Of a DNA stretch of 64,000 nt, positions 10,650 to 21,185 are shown piece after piece. Below the pieces are notes generated by a model, which saw only the letters and a list, made by a program, of their open reading frames with translations, did no database searches and was not told the DNA's origin. The stretch comes from a virus, in IMG/VR virus record IMGVR_UViG_3300045988_089178; one strand, given 5' to 3'. The position numbers and the translations under genes are program-made. The first letter of the stretch is position 1. Each line of letters starts with the position of its first letter.

Positions 10650-12539
10650 TCATTCAAAATTAAATCCTAATTCTTCTGCATTATCATAGATATATTGCTT
10701 GCGGGGTTCAACTGCGCTTCCCATCAAAATTTCGAGCAATTCTGTGGTAGCTTTGGCATCACTAATAGTAATGCGTTTATATCTTTCATTCATAAAACAT
10801 ACTTTTTGCAGATCCTCTGGATTTAATTCTCCCAATCCCTTAGCTCTAAGTAAATCATAACTGCCGCTATGATTCTTTTTCCACTCTTCAAGTTCATTGT
10901 CACTATAACAGTAATACTCTTTTCCTTTTTGTCGAATAATATATAATGGAGTTACAGCTCTATATAACTTACCAGCTTCAATAAGAGGACGCATATATGT
11001 ATAGAAGAAAGTAATAAGCATTAATTCAATATCTGCACCATCACTATCTGCATCGGCCGTGATTACAACTTTATCAACGGTCAATTTACTAATATCAAAA
11101 TCTTTACCAAAACCTCCACCAAGGATCCTAATAATATCAGACATTTCTTGGTTAGAAAGTAGCTTATCAATAGCAGTCTTTAATGGGCTGATAATCTTTC
11201 CTCGCAACATATAAATGCAATCAGTTTTAGGATTTCGTGCTTCTACTGCGGAAGCTCCTGCTGATAGTCCCTCAACAAGCAAGAGATTACGATCTTTAGG
11301 ACTACGATTTCCGCAATCAATAAACTTGTTACTAAGTTTCATTTTTGCCTTTAATCCGGTTTCTTTCTTTGTCTTTATTCCTCTTGCTGCCTCTCTTGCT
11401 TTACGAGCTGCCTCTCTTGCTTTTCTAGCATTTAATGCTTTATCCGCGATACTTTTAATTTCTTTTTCATTTGTTGTGAACCAATATTGCAGCTCTTCTG
11501 CTATTGCTTGTGTAAAAGGTTTCATATCTAGTTTTGTGACACGAGATTTTACTTGAGCATCATATCCAATATTTGGTGCTGTAATATTAAAAACAAGATA
11601 CATTCCTTCTTGGCAATCATCTCCAGAGAGATTTTCATCCTTATCTTTTAGCCACCCTTTTTCTCGGAAGAATTTATTAAATTCTCTTGTTAAAAGGGTT
11701 TTAATTTGCGTAATATGCGGACCTGCTTCTGTTAAACCAGTATTTACATATGGAACAATCGTAGAAGAGTAGTTATTTGTGTAAGTTAGAGCTAAATCCA
11801 ACTTATTTTTACCTTCGGAAAAATTAATTGAGAAACGATTTTTCAGAATCTCTTTTCCCTTAACGCCTTCATCTAACAAATCCATAAGACCATTCTTAGA
11901 GAAGAACTCTGTCTTTTTTCCATTATCATCTAGTTTGATAGTTAGCCCCGGACAAAGACATACAATAGTTTTAAATAAGGAGTTTAATGCTTTTGCGTCT
12001 GGCTTTGGATCAGTAAAAAACTCTTCACTTGCAATCCAGAAAACAGAAGTTCCATGAACATTTTTATCAACCTTACAAGAATCTCTAGATTCAAAAATGC
12101 CCTCTTTGAATCTTACTTGTTCTCCTTCTCCATCTCTATATGTCCACACAGTTAATTCATGACTAAGATAAGTTGCAAGTTTGCTACCAATACCAAAACT
12201 ACCAAGAGAAGTTCCCTCATAAGTTCCATCTTCTCTATATTTACCACTGGTATTTAATACACTAAATGCGGCTTCCAAAATTGTTTTCCCATCTTCTCTA
12301 AAAGAATTAGGAATAAATCCTTGACCATGATCGCTGACAGACACTCTGGCACCATTAATTTGTACGTCTATTTCATTACCGTGACCCAATCTAAATTCAT
12401 CTACCGAGTTTGATACAATCTCTACTACTAATTGAGTAGAAGTTGATGTATCTCCGCAATATACCCCAGGTCTTAAACGAGTAAATTCTAGAGGACTTAA
12501 TGACTCAATACTTTTTTCATTATATAACTTATCTGACAT
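10650..12539 (-). CDS. type IIA topoisomerase subunit B (GyrB-like ATPase + TOPRIM)
   Basis: GHKL region GHGNEIDV..; TOPRIM-like LVEGLSAGASAVEAR; next to A subunit. Confidence 0.7.
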   Translation of the reverse strand: MSDKLYNEKSIESLSPLEFTRLRPGVYCGDTSTSTQLVVEIVSNSVDEFRLGHGNEIDVQINGARVSVSDHGQGFIPNSFREDGKTILEAAFSVLNTSGKYREDGTYEGTSLGSFGIGSKLATYLSHELTVWTYRDGEGEQVRFKEGIFESRDSCKVDKNVHGTSVFWIASEEFFTDPKPDAKALNSLFKTIVCLCPGLTIKLDDNGKKTEFFSKNGLMDLLDEGVKGKEILKNRFSINFSEGKNKLDLALTYTNNYSSTIVPYVNTGLTEAGPHITQIKTLLTREFNKFFREKGWLKDKDENLSGDDCQEGMYLVFNITAPNIGYDAQVKSRVTKLDMKPFTQAIAEELQYWFTTNEKEIKSIADKALNARKAREAARKAREAARGIKTKKETGLKAKMKLSNKFIDCGNRSPKDRNLLLVEGLSAGASAVEARNPKTDCIYMLRGKIISPLKTAIDKLLSNQEMSDIIRILGGGFGKDFDISKLTVDKVVITADADSDGADIELMLITFFYTYMRPLIEAGKLYRAVTPLYIIRQKGKEYYCYSDNELEEWKKNHSGSYDLLRAKGLGELNPEDLQKVCFMNERYKRITISDAKATTELLEILMGSAVEPRKQYIYDNAEELGFNFE

Positions 12540-13004
12540 TTATTCACCATACTCTCTTAAAATTTCTTCTGAGGTCATTCTTCCAGTAGCTAATGCATCA
12601 GCTAGTTCATTATAAAGCTCTCCGTCATGACCTTTGATTTTTCTTAAATCAATTCTATAGTCTTTGCTTAACATATCATAGGTCTTAATTAAATCAAGAT
12701 TTTCTAGCTTTTTACCTCCAGCTCTTGTCCAACCATTAGCTTTCCATCCTTTAATCCATGAAGTAAAACTATTTACACAATAAGCGGAATCGCTATAAAC
12801 AATAGGGGCAAAGAAATCTCCATCTTTAGCTCCATAGTTTTCAAGAGCATAAATTATAGCAGACATTTCCATCCTATTATTAGTAGTTTTAGGTTCACGC
12901 TCTGCATAAGCAGCTATAACGATACCATTATCATCAACTACTATAACCCCAAAACCTCCTGGGCCGGGATTTCCTAAGCAAGAACCATCAGTATATATAG
13001 TCAT
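12540..13004 (-). CDS. rnhA: ribonuclease HI
   Basis: MTIYTDGSCLGNPGPGGFGVIV, canonical RNase H N-terminus. Confidence 0.8.
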   Translation of the reverse strand: MTIYTDGSCLGNPGPGGFGVIVVDDNGIVIAAYAEREPKTTNNRMEMSAIIYALENYGAKDGDFFAPIVYSDSAYCVNSFTSWIKGWKANGWTRAGGKKLENLDLIKTYDMLSKDYRIDLRKIKGHDGELYNELADALATGRMTSEEILREYGE

Positions 13005-13130
13005 AAATACAAATGCTCCTTTATTTTTATTCTTTTTATTTTCTTAATATATAATATCATATATTTTAAGAAAAATCAAACTACAAACAAATAAAGGCTT
13101 AATGAGTATTTAACTCATTAAGCCTTTATA

Positions 13131-13466
13131 TTAAATAGGACCATCGAGATCAATGGGAATATCATTAGAGGCTGAAAAATCTTCTGCGGGGATGTTATAT
13201 GCAGAATTGAATTCAGTTTCTTTTAAAGCTAGGTCATAAGTAATGCCGCCCTTTTTGTGATCTGATTTAGCCATTGCTAAATAAAAAGAACAAACTACTC
13301 CGTGGGCGCTCCATGGTAGACCAACAAGAGCACTAATCCATGGAAGGGTTCCTAAATATCCCATATAAACACACATAAATGCCAAAAGGATACCTGACAC
13401 AGTCACGACCCATAATAACATACGAATATCATTTATAAGTTTTTTGGAAAATTCTAATTTTTTCAT
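13131..13466 (-). CDS. holin-like membrane protein
   Basis: 111 aa, 2-3 TM helices, next to amidase. Confidence 0.35.
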   Translation of the reverse strand: MKKLEFSKKLINDIRMLLWVVTVSGILLAFMCVYMGYLGTLPWISALVGLPWSAHGVVCSFYLAMAKSDHKKGGITYDLALKETEFNSAYNIPAEDFSASNDIPIDLDGPI

Positions 13467-13693
13467 TTTAAACCCAGCTTTTCAGCCAATCTTCTTAACA
13501 TAGTTACAGTTTCTAATCTAGTGCAGAATTTATTTGGCATCATTCTTCCAGCACTGTCTCCAGCCATAATCCCATTCGCTTTAGCCCATTCAAGATTATC
13601 GGTGCCCCAAGTTTCTTTTTCATTAGCTTTATTAGTAAGCCAAGTATTCATAAGTTCAGCGAATTTCTCGTCAGTCATATCTTCATCATCCTC

Positions 13694-14341
13694 CTAGATA
13701 TTTGACATTAAATTATAAACATCTGTTCTTGCGGTTTCCATGCTTTTCCCAAATTTTGGAAACCAATGGTTTACATCTGCATGATTAGATCCTAATCCTA
13801 GCTTGTGACTATCAGCATGACATAAAATAGTCGGAACGGTGATACCATTTAAAGTAGTGGTTCCCAATGGATTTATGTTATACATTTTACATAAATAAGC
13901 AGTAATTTGACAAGCCTCTTCATAAATTTTGTTAAAATAATTTGCATCATTTAATCCATCTTCGCAAATTTCAAACTGAATCCATCCATTATTACAAGAA
14001 CCTTTAGACCCAGAACCGCATCCCCAAGGACGATAATTCCATGGCATTGTCTATACTGTTGTTACTGTTCCATCAGCCAATTTACCAATCCAACAGTTTA
14101 ATCCAGCTTGAACAGATATATGATTCCAGTCATTCTTGCTAGTATTTTTTCCTAATTTATTTATTAAACTGGTGTAGTTAGGATCATTATCGCTTGGCTA
14201 TACATATCTTTTTAAATTAGGATTATTTGCACCAGTACTATGCCATAAGATTCCTTTAACTTGCATGGTGCGTGTTTGTTTATAGCAAGTGCTATTTGTC
14301 ATCATACATTGAAGTGGTTTATTGCTATCGCTATATTTCAT
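13694..14341 (-). CDS. N-acetylmuramoyl-L-alanine amidase (amidase_2/PGRP-like) with in-frame TAG (14051-14053 and one upstream)
   Basis: RBS GGAGGTAATAAAATG; C-terminal region ...TILCHADSHKLG..NHADVNHWFP. Confidence 0.55.
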
Positions 14342-14872
14342 TTTATTACCTCCTTCAATTACATTTGAAATGTTAGCAAATTTATTATAATACTATTGAC
14401 CATAATTAGCTCTCTTTTGTTGCATAGAAAAACTCTAGTCTGAAGGTCTTTCAAACTAGAGTAATACTGCGGTAGAGGCTTCTGTGACAGAAGTGGCAGA
14501 AATCAAAATTTTAACTAAACTAGAAAAACTTGTAATTAACTCCTAATATAAAAAATCTAATTGAGTATTTAAATCTCCAATGGATTTACCTCGACTTTGA
14601 CAGAACTAAAGCAAATTTTGTTTTCTGCTCCAAAATGTCCATTGAGCCAATCCATATCCCGCCCCATCTTTTACAAAGTTTTTATACCTTCCATCATCAA
14701 CTGCGGAGGTATATCCTGCGTCGGTCATTTTTAATTTTTTTTCATAGGTGTTCTATAAGTTAATAGAATTAAGACCACTTTCGGCATAAAGATTACCCAT
14801 TAAACCGGCAATTCCGCAATCACTAAAACCTTTGCCTTTAAAGTATTTCCAAATAATTTGAGCATTAGTCAT
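14342..14872 (-). CDS. phage tail-lysozyme-like domain ORF; in frame with the downstream amidase; 6 TAG in the distal third
   Basis: MTNAQIIWKYFKGKGFSDCGIAGLMGNLYAESGLN...GYGLAQWT (Phage_lysozyme2-like pattern); no TAA/TGA before the amidase ATG. Confidence 0.4.
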
Positions 14873-14874
14873 TT

Positions 14875-15729
14875 TTATTTTTTTGTAATGAAAGAGCTAT
14901 ATCCAGCAGATTTTAATTTATCTTTTAGTCTTTCTGCATTTAATTTCACAGAGAAAGCACCTAATTGAACTTTATAAAAAATTCCTACTTTCTTGACATA
15001 CCCGCTAAATCCTTTCTCTTCCAATTCCTTTAACATATTCTCTGCATTGGTTTTAGATAGAAATGCTCCTACTTGAACTCTGTAAAGAACTACCTCTTGT
15101 TCTTTCTTAAAATATACACACATTACATTATCAACTGGTCTTGCATAAATTTGAGAAGTTTTTCTTTTCCCATCTATTAGTAATCTAGTAGATCCGCCTC
15201 CATCTAAATTAATAGCATATTCTACTTTCAATTCAAGAAAAATTTGCTATAGGGCAGCATAAACAAGACCTGGAGAATCTACGGTTACAATATAATAATT
15301 ATTTTTATTCCATCCAATACAAGTCCTGCGGGCTTTATAATCTAATTCTTTTCCATCTGTTATAACTACTTTTTTGCTATCTACAATTAATGCAGGATAA
15401 GCTGCGATAAAATCTCTAGCGGTTTCATAATCTTTTAATGTTGTATATATAAGTGTTTTATTGCCGCTAATTGCAACTCCATGGCGAAAATCAGACTAAA
15501 TAACAGTTCCTTCGTCTTTATAACTAAAGCAAGTGTTGCCATTATTCATGGCAAAGAAACCTCCATTAGTAATAATATCTGGTTTAGTAGCCTGTCTTTT
15601 ATAATAAGCATCTGGAGTTTCCGTCGGTTGATTGCATAAGGCAAAGTCAATTTTTTCAATGTCTGTGAAGGGAATTGTTACAATTTGAACATAAGAATAG
15701 AGACTATGTTTTTTGATACTATATCCCAT
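14875..15729 (-). CDS. DUF2233 phosphodiester-glycosidase-like protein with two C-terminal SPOR repeats; 2 in-frame TAG
   Basis: NLDGGGS motif; two repeats YRVQVGAF..KL.E.GF (SPOR). Confidence 0.5.
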
Positions 15730-15782
15730 ACTTTATCTCCTTTCAATAATAAAACCCAATCTCTAAAGAGATTGGGTTTAAA

Positions 15783-17039
15783 TCAAATATATTCAGCTAT
15801 TTGCGCGATTCTAGATCTATAAATATTACGGAGTTCTACTTCACCGTATATATCTTGTCCTCTATAAACTTTAGAAACTCGTTTCATTCCATTGTTTATG
15901 CCAGCAAAATGAATATCATCAACTTGAGTTTTTTCATCGCCGTCAATGATACAAATGCAATCCTCTCCAATTCTTTGAAGAGCCAACTTAATAAGTGTAC
16001 GATCTAAATTCTGAGCTTCAGAAATGTATATACCTGCTCTTGAACCATTGGTATCATATCCTCTAATATCCGACATTGGTAGTAAAATTAATTTTTCTTC
16101 GCTCATAAGATGTTCTACTCCCGTTCTACCGCCGAATTTAGATATTAGGAGATTGCCGATTTGAGAGTCTAATAGTTTTTCATCTCTTGTTCCAGGCAGA
16201 AATCCTAATCTTGCACTATTGGCTGTGGCAACGGTATTGCAAAATACAATAATATGATCAAGTTCGCCTTTTTCTAGCTTAGACATTAAATAGGCTAAGC
16301 TAATAAATGTTTTACCAGATCCCGCAGGCCCTTTAATCAAGGTAACTTTATTATTAGATAAGCTATCAAAAAGTAATTTTTGGTAAATATCATTTTGATA
16401 TGGCTTTACTTTTCCAAACCAATTTGAATTAAAGTCATTATAATTTAAATATCTATGGTCGTTTCCAGTCCATACTCTCAAATCTACCACTTTATCATCC
16501 ATATCTCTTATAATGAGATATTCTCCAACATGAAGATTAAAATGATTCAGTTCTGGTTTTTGATAAAACTCTGTAAGATTCTCATCACTAGCAGAAATTT
16601 CTTTATATCCACTATAATTATCAGTTTCTTCTGGAATACTTTCTATCATGTCAGACCCGAAGAATAGATTTGCAATATGCTTTAGGCTTAAATCATTTGT
16701 TACAAAGATGACTTCATCCACTCTTTTATTATTATTATACCAAATTGCATCAGACAGTATCCTTGTATCATCCGTTACGTCAAGACACATTTCTTTAATA
16801 TAGTCTTCAAAATCTGTTTGATGGATTACTACTTCATACATATCAGGGTGCGTTTCAAATAAATGTAGCAATAATCTAGCTGAATATTTTATATCTGAAT
16901 CTTTATTGTTAGCGGTTTTAATTCTTTCCAATTCCTGAAAAGTAATTGATGATACAATAAATTTTTCATCATTATTGAATAAGCCTTCTCCGCATATCAA
17001 TAGTGAACAAGTATCATAGAACCGAATATCTTTATTCAT
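15783..17039 (-). CDS. phoH: PhoH-like ATPase with N-terminal PIN domain
   Basis: PIN-like N-terminus; Walker A LIKGPAGSGKTF. Confidence 0.7.
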   Translation of the reverse strand: MNKDIRFYDTCSLLICGEGLFNNDEKFIVSSITFQELERIKTANNKDSDIKYSARLLLHLFETHPDMYEVVIHQTDFEDYIKEMCLDVTDDTRILSDAIWYNNNKRVDEVIFVTNDLSLKHIANLFFGSDMIESIPEETDNYSGYKEISASDENLTEFYQKPELNHFNLHVGEYLIIRDMDDKVVDLRVWTGNDHRYLNYNDFNSNWFGKVKPYQNDIYQKLLFDSLSNNKVTLIKGPAGSGKTFISLAYLMSKLEKGELDHIIVFCNTVATANSARLGFLPGTRDEKLLDSQIGNLLISKFGGRTGVEHLMSEEKLILLPMSDIRGYDTNGSRAGIYISEAQNLDRTLIKLALQRIGEDCICIIDGDEKTQVDDIHFAGINNGMKRVSKVYRGQDIYGEVELRNIYRSRIAQIAEYI

Positions 17040-17307
17040 AATTTTCCTCTTCCTCTTCTGATGTAGTAGTAGTAAATCCTATAACTTTTACACTCTTATT
17101 TATAGAGTTATTTAATTTATCTATTTTAGCATTACACTCTACTATTTTTATACTTAATCTCGCTTTTAAGAGTTCTACAAAGACAGAAATAAGCTCTTTC
17201 AAGTCCAAAATGATTGGAATACCCAACGATCCAATAAGAATACCTATAAGTAAATATAACAAAATGTACCACCTTCTTCTTTATATATAACAAAAAAAGA
17301 AGGAGAT

Positions 17308-17760
17308 TTAATTATTATTGCCCTGACGAAATTTTCTAACTATCGAGAGCGCCTTAGTTTGATTTTTAATGTAAGTTTTTAAGTTAGTTTCTTCTGTTTT
17401 TAATGCTTTTTCAAGTGCGGAAATTCGAGCTGAGCAGCGTCCAATTGCATAATAAAAGTTTCCAGTAGGGTCAACTTCCGCAGGACTTAATCGCTCATAT
17501 TTTGTTGCCTCTTGATAATAGTCATATCTATATTGTAATTCTTTGCGAGTTTTTTTCATTTCATATTGCATAGCATTTATTCTTGCTTTTGATAAAGCGA
17601 TAGTTTTACCTACCTTTTCAGAAAAAAAATCTTTATCGCTTTCCGCTAACTTGGCTCGTCCGCTAAAGATTTTCCCATTATAATTAATTCCAACAATACA
17701 TATGCCAGATTTTTCATTAACTAGCTATGTAATTGTTGGAGCTTTATATATAGCACTAAT
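17308..17760 (-). CDS. hypothetical protein with in-frame TAG near the N-terminus
   Basis: Extending ORF 17308..17571 upstream gives MSVISAIYKAPTIT[TAG]LVNEK... Confidence 0.3.
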
Positions 17761-17844
17761 AACACTCATTATTGTTTTCTCCTAATCTTTTAAATCTTTA
17801 TATTAAAATTATATCATTTATTTATAGAAAAATCCAATTTTAAG

Positions 17845-17945
17845 GATTTTGAAAGAAAAATTTGGTGAGCCCGCGCGAACGGAAACTCGGAGCAGAACGA
17901 GGCTAGTGGCAAAAGAAAACCCTCCAGGTTAAAAACCTGGAGGGT
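17845..17945 (-). repeat. copy 1 of a conserved ~55-bp GC-rich element placed after a terminator hairpin
   Basis: ttgaaagaaaaatttggtgagcccgcgcgaacggaaactcggagcagaacgagg, then hairpin ccctccagg..cctggaggg. Confidence 0.6.
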
Positions 17946-18369
17946 TAAAATTAAGGGGTAATCAGAATAGAAGAATCTGTTCCTGTCATAGTAGAAGGCA
18001 TCTGGCCATTCCACTGTTCATACTTAATCTTTTCAATCAACTCGGGAGTAAGAGAAGCGGCAATTTTGGAGTTGGCTTCTGCTTCCGCCTGAGCAGCAAT
18101 CTCAAGAGCATCAGCCTCAGCCTGTCGGCACCTTCTCCAAACAAGTAATTGCGGCAATCAGACCAAAAATCAAAACCAAGGCAACAACAATGCCACCAAT
18201 AATTCCGCTTTTCTTCATTATTTACTTTCCTTTCTTTCCTCAAGACCCAAACGCTTTCGGGTTCTATAATAGATTTTAATAAAGAATTTTCCAATCTTCC
18301 TAAATGTGAAATTTAGCAAGAACCATGCTGCAACAAGAGCAAGTACAACTAAAATCCAGAAAATAGGAT

Positions 18370-18933
18370 TCATAGCATCTCAATACACTCCTTTACCTTC
18401 AAGTTTATATCTTCAATGACCTTATCCAAGGATACCGGATAACAGTCATGAGAATCAACTCCCACATGATACATATAAGGTCTATCTTCAAAGAAATTAG
18501 TTCGCTGATGGGTGTGGCCATATAGATTAAGGGTCATCTGCTTAAGACTTTCTTTCTCAAGATTTCCAGTCAAAGTGGGGAAATGAGACATATAGAAGTG
18601 ATATTTCCTGTACTTAAGAGCAATAGCCCAAGCAGTTTCTACCACATTAGGAAGCTCGGCGTACATTTTCTTACGGCTATCCGTACAGTGGTTTCCAAAA
18701 GCAATGTGGAGTTTTCCATTCATAGAGGAAATAAACTCCTTGTTTCTCTCAAGACTATCTGCTCCACCGAGACAGAGATCTCCAAGAACATATACATCAT
18801 CTTCTGGAGTGACAATAGAGTTATGCCTCTCAACAAGAGCAATATTCATCTCTTCAACGGAGTTGAATCCACGAGGCTTATAGACAAACTCACGGTCATG
18901 TGAGAAGTGCCAATCCGAGGTTACGAAAATCAT
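18370..18933 (-). CDS. calcineurin-like metallophosphoesterase
   Basis: DWHFSHD...GDLCLGG...GNHC motifs; overlaps Pnk stop/start. Confidence 0.6.
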   Translation of the reverse strand: MIFVTSDWHFSHDREFVYKPRGFNSVEEMNIALVERHNSIVTPEDDVYVLGDLCLGGADSLERNKEFISSMNGKLHIAFGNHCTDSRKKMYAELPNVVETAWAIALKYRKYHFYMSHFPTLTGNLEKESLKQMTLNLYGHTHQRTNFFEDRPYMYHVGVDSHDCYPVSLDKVIEDINLKVKECIEML

Positions 18934-19463
18934 TTATCTCCCTCCTCCATGTTATGATGATTGATTTTTACATCCTTAAAGCCATACTTGTAGAGTTTAA
19001 ATTCTGCGGGAGTGGGAGGTCTAAAACCTCTAGCCATCTTTCTAATCGCGGAATCGGGTACTTTGGAAAATCCCTTTCTCAAGTTATTGCGGGCTATACA
19101 AGTATCAATCCCGCAATCACAAACTTCAAAACTAAGTCCAGTCTTCCCGTCCGGCCGCAACCTTCCTAATAACTTGGCTCTTGATCCTTGAGAGATATGA
19201 GTAGCATCAACAAAGATGTAGTCAATCCCAATTTCAAGGCACTCGTTAATTTGTCGAACGAACTCTTCAAATACTTCATTTTCTCGCGAGAAATAATCCT
19301 TATCTCCAATGAAACTTTCTCTTATCACATCGCGAGAAATAATAGCAGTATGAAAGCCATCCATTTCAAGAAGTTCGGCTTCTTTATTAGCCCAAGTTGA
19401 CTTCCCACTACCAGGTATACCAACCATGACTTTTACTTCGATAGTCATACTGCTTTCCTCCAT
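18930..19463 (-). CDS. pnk: polynucleotide 5'-kinase (T4 Pnk kinase-domain-like)
   Basis: [21 protein letters not shown] vs T4 Pnk [31 protein letters not shown] vs INRDDYRQSI. Confidence 0.7.
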   Translation of the reverse strand: [177 protein letters not shown]

Positions 19464-19526
19464 TCCTTAACTTTCTATATATATTATATTATATTTTTAT
19501 AATAATTTCAAAAGATTCTATGCGTC

Positions 19527-20393
19527 TCAAAATTCGACTGGTTGAATGAGGTCTTCGATATAAAGTCTACCTTCTTCCTTAAAAATAGGAATATTGAGAT
19601 CGACGAACCAATAATGTTTAAAATGGATTGAACCATCCTCTCTTTCGGTCTCTTCGCAGTCTTTTATGCAACAAGAACCTCTTTGTAAATAGACGGGCAA
19701 TTCATTCCAATCTATTCCTTTTTGAGAAATAAGCATTTCTAAAATTTCGCTACTACATTTACCTTGAAGTTCACTATGAGAAAAATTCGCTTGTCCAACC
19801 ATTTGAATAGAATTTCTAATAGCATCTAATTGGCGCCAATAAATTAGATTTGTTACTTCTTCTTTCGGAATATTGAAAACACGAGCATCAAACATAGCCC
19901 CTCTTGCGTTTGCTATCCGTAAAGTTCTCATATATTCTTGATGCTCAAGTTGAATTTCTACGCTCTGAGGAGTTAAAGAATTTTTCCAACCAATATCATA
20001 TCTTTCAATAGCTGAACGAAACACCTTATTAAAAATCATTGTTGCCATGGACGCTGCTACAGAACACATTTTTTGAACTTCATAATCAAACCATGCGTCG
20101 CTATTTAATTTTTTATAGTCAACAAGAATTAGAGTTATTTCATCGCTTTGAGTATATCCAAGAACACATCCTTGGATATTTTTACATAAATATTTCATTG
20201 TTTCTTGCATAGCCGAAGTCAATACCGCATCAAATGGTTTTCTAAAACCTTTAGTAAAGGTATGAAATGCTTTTCCATCAATTCTAATTGCTACAGGTGT
20301 TCTACGCATAAGTCGAGTTTTTGGAATTTGTTCATAGAACTCTTTCATGCGAGCGCCTAGCTGGTCATTCATATTATTCATCCTCCTTATCAA
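19527..20393 (-). CDS. Thg1-like protein (tRNA 3'-5' nucleotidyltransferase family)
   Basis: VAIRIDGKAFHTFT, LGYTQSDEITLIL and LIYWRQLDAIRNSIQ match the Thg1 motifs (RLDGRNFHRF / AYGQSDEYS / LSWRQADCHINN). Confidence 0.75.
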   Translation of the reverse strand: MIRRMNNMNDQLGARMKEFYEQIPKTRLMRRTPVAIRIDGKAFHTFTKGFRKPFDAVLTSAMQETMKYLCKNIQGCVLGYTQSDEITLILVDYKKLNSDAWFDYEVQKMCSVAASMATMIFNKVFRSAIERYDIGWKNSLTPQSVEIQLEHQEYMRTLRIANARGAMFDARVFNIPKEEVTNLIYWRQLDAIRNSIQMVGQANFSHSELQGKCSSEILEMLISQKGIDWNELPVYLQRGSCCIKDCEETEREDGSIHFKHYWFVDLNIPIFKEEGRLYIEDLIQPVEF

Positions 20394-21105
20394 CAGTAAA
20401 GATGTGTTCGTCGAAAGTATCCAAGTTTAGAAGAACAGTTTTTCCAGACATATAACTGCAACAGTCAATATCAACTTTATGATTATCACAATACCATAAA
20501 GCTCCACCATTATATGAGTAAGAGAACTGTCTATCTGGTGGTAGAAAATTATTCGCATTATCTAATCTTAGAATTAAGTATTCTGAAATTGGAGTATGGC
20601 CATGAACGCAAATTCCTTCACCTTCGGTAGTATCATAGATATGCTCTCTATCCCATAGCAAATCCTCGTTTGCTGGGAATGGTTCTTTTGCAGGAGTAAA
20701 ACCCGCATGACAAAGCATAATGGTTATTCCATTTTTATTCTTATATTCAAGATATAGGGGCAATTTTCTTAGATAGTGATACCATCCAGACTTAGCTCCA
20801 TCATTAATCCATCCATTAAAAGTAGAAGCTCCTCCATTCCAACAGAGAAGATCAAAATGACCTCCTCCATATGTTTCATATTTAATATAATCTTTCATAG
20901 CTTTAACAAGCATATCTTCGTGATTACCTTTAATATAGATAAAACGCGGATCCGACGCGACCGCTTTAATAGTTTCCCAAGACCGCGGACCTCGATCGCC
21001 GCAATCTCCTAGACAATAAACTTTATCTTCTGGCTTTAGAAAGTCACTAATTTTTTGATATAGCTCATACATACCATGAAGATCGCTAACTGCGTATACG
21101 CTCAT
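20374..21105 (-). CDS. PPP-family Ser/Thr phosphatase (lambda-phosphatase-like)
   Basis: GDCGDRGP and GNHE motifs. Confidence 0.6.
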   Translation of the reverse strand: MSVYAVSDLHGMYELYQKISDFLKPEDKVYCLGDCGDRGPRSWETIKAVASDPRFIYIKGNHEDMLVKAMKDYIKYETYGGGHFDLLCWNGGASTFNGWINDGAKSGWYHYLRKLPLYLEYKNKNGITIMLCHAGFTPAKEPFPANEDLLWDREHIYDTTEGEGICVHGHTPISEYLILRLDNANNFLPPDRQFSYSYNGGALWYCDNHKVDIDCCSYMSGKTVLLNLDTFDEHIFTVDKEDE

Positions 21106-21185
21106 AAATAAAACTCCCTTTCTTATATTATATAAATATTATATCATAAATATTATAAAAAATAAAGAGAGCTGTAAAGCTCTCT

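Noticed and set aside
13463-13678. ORF 13463..13678 as the C-terminal cell-wall-binding domain of the amidase
   Set aside because: It is separated from the amidase by a genuine TAA stop and is in a different frame. It is left as an independent small ORF of unknown function.
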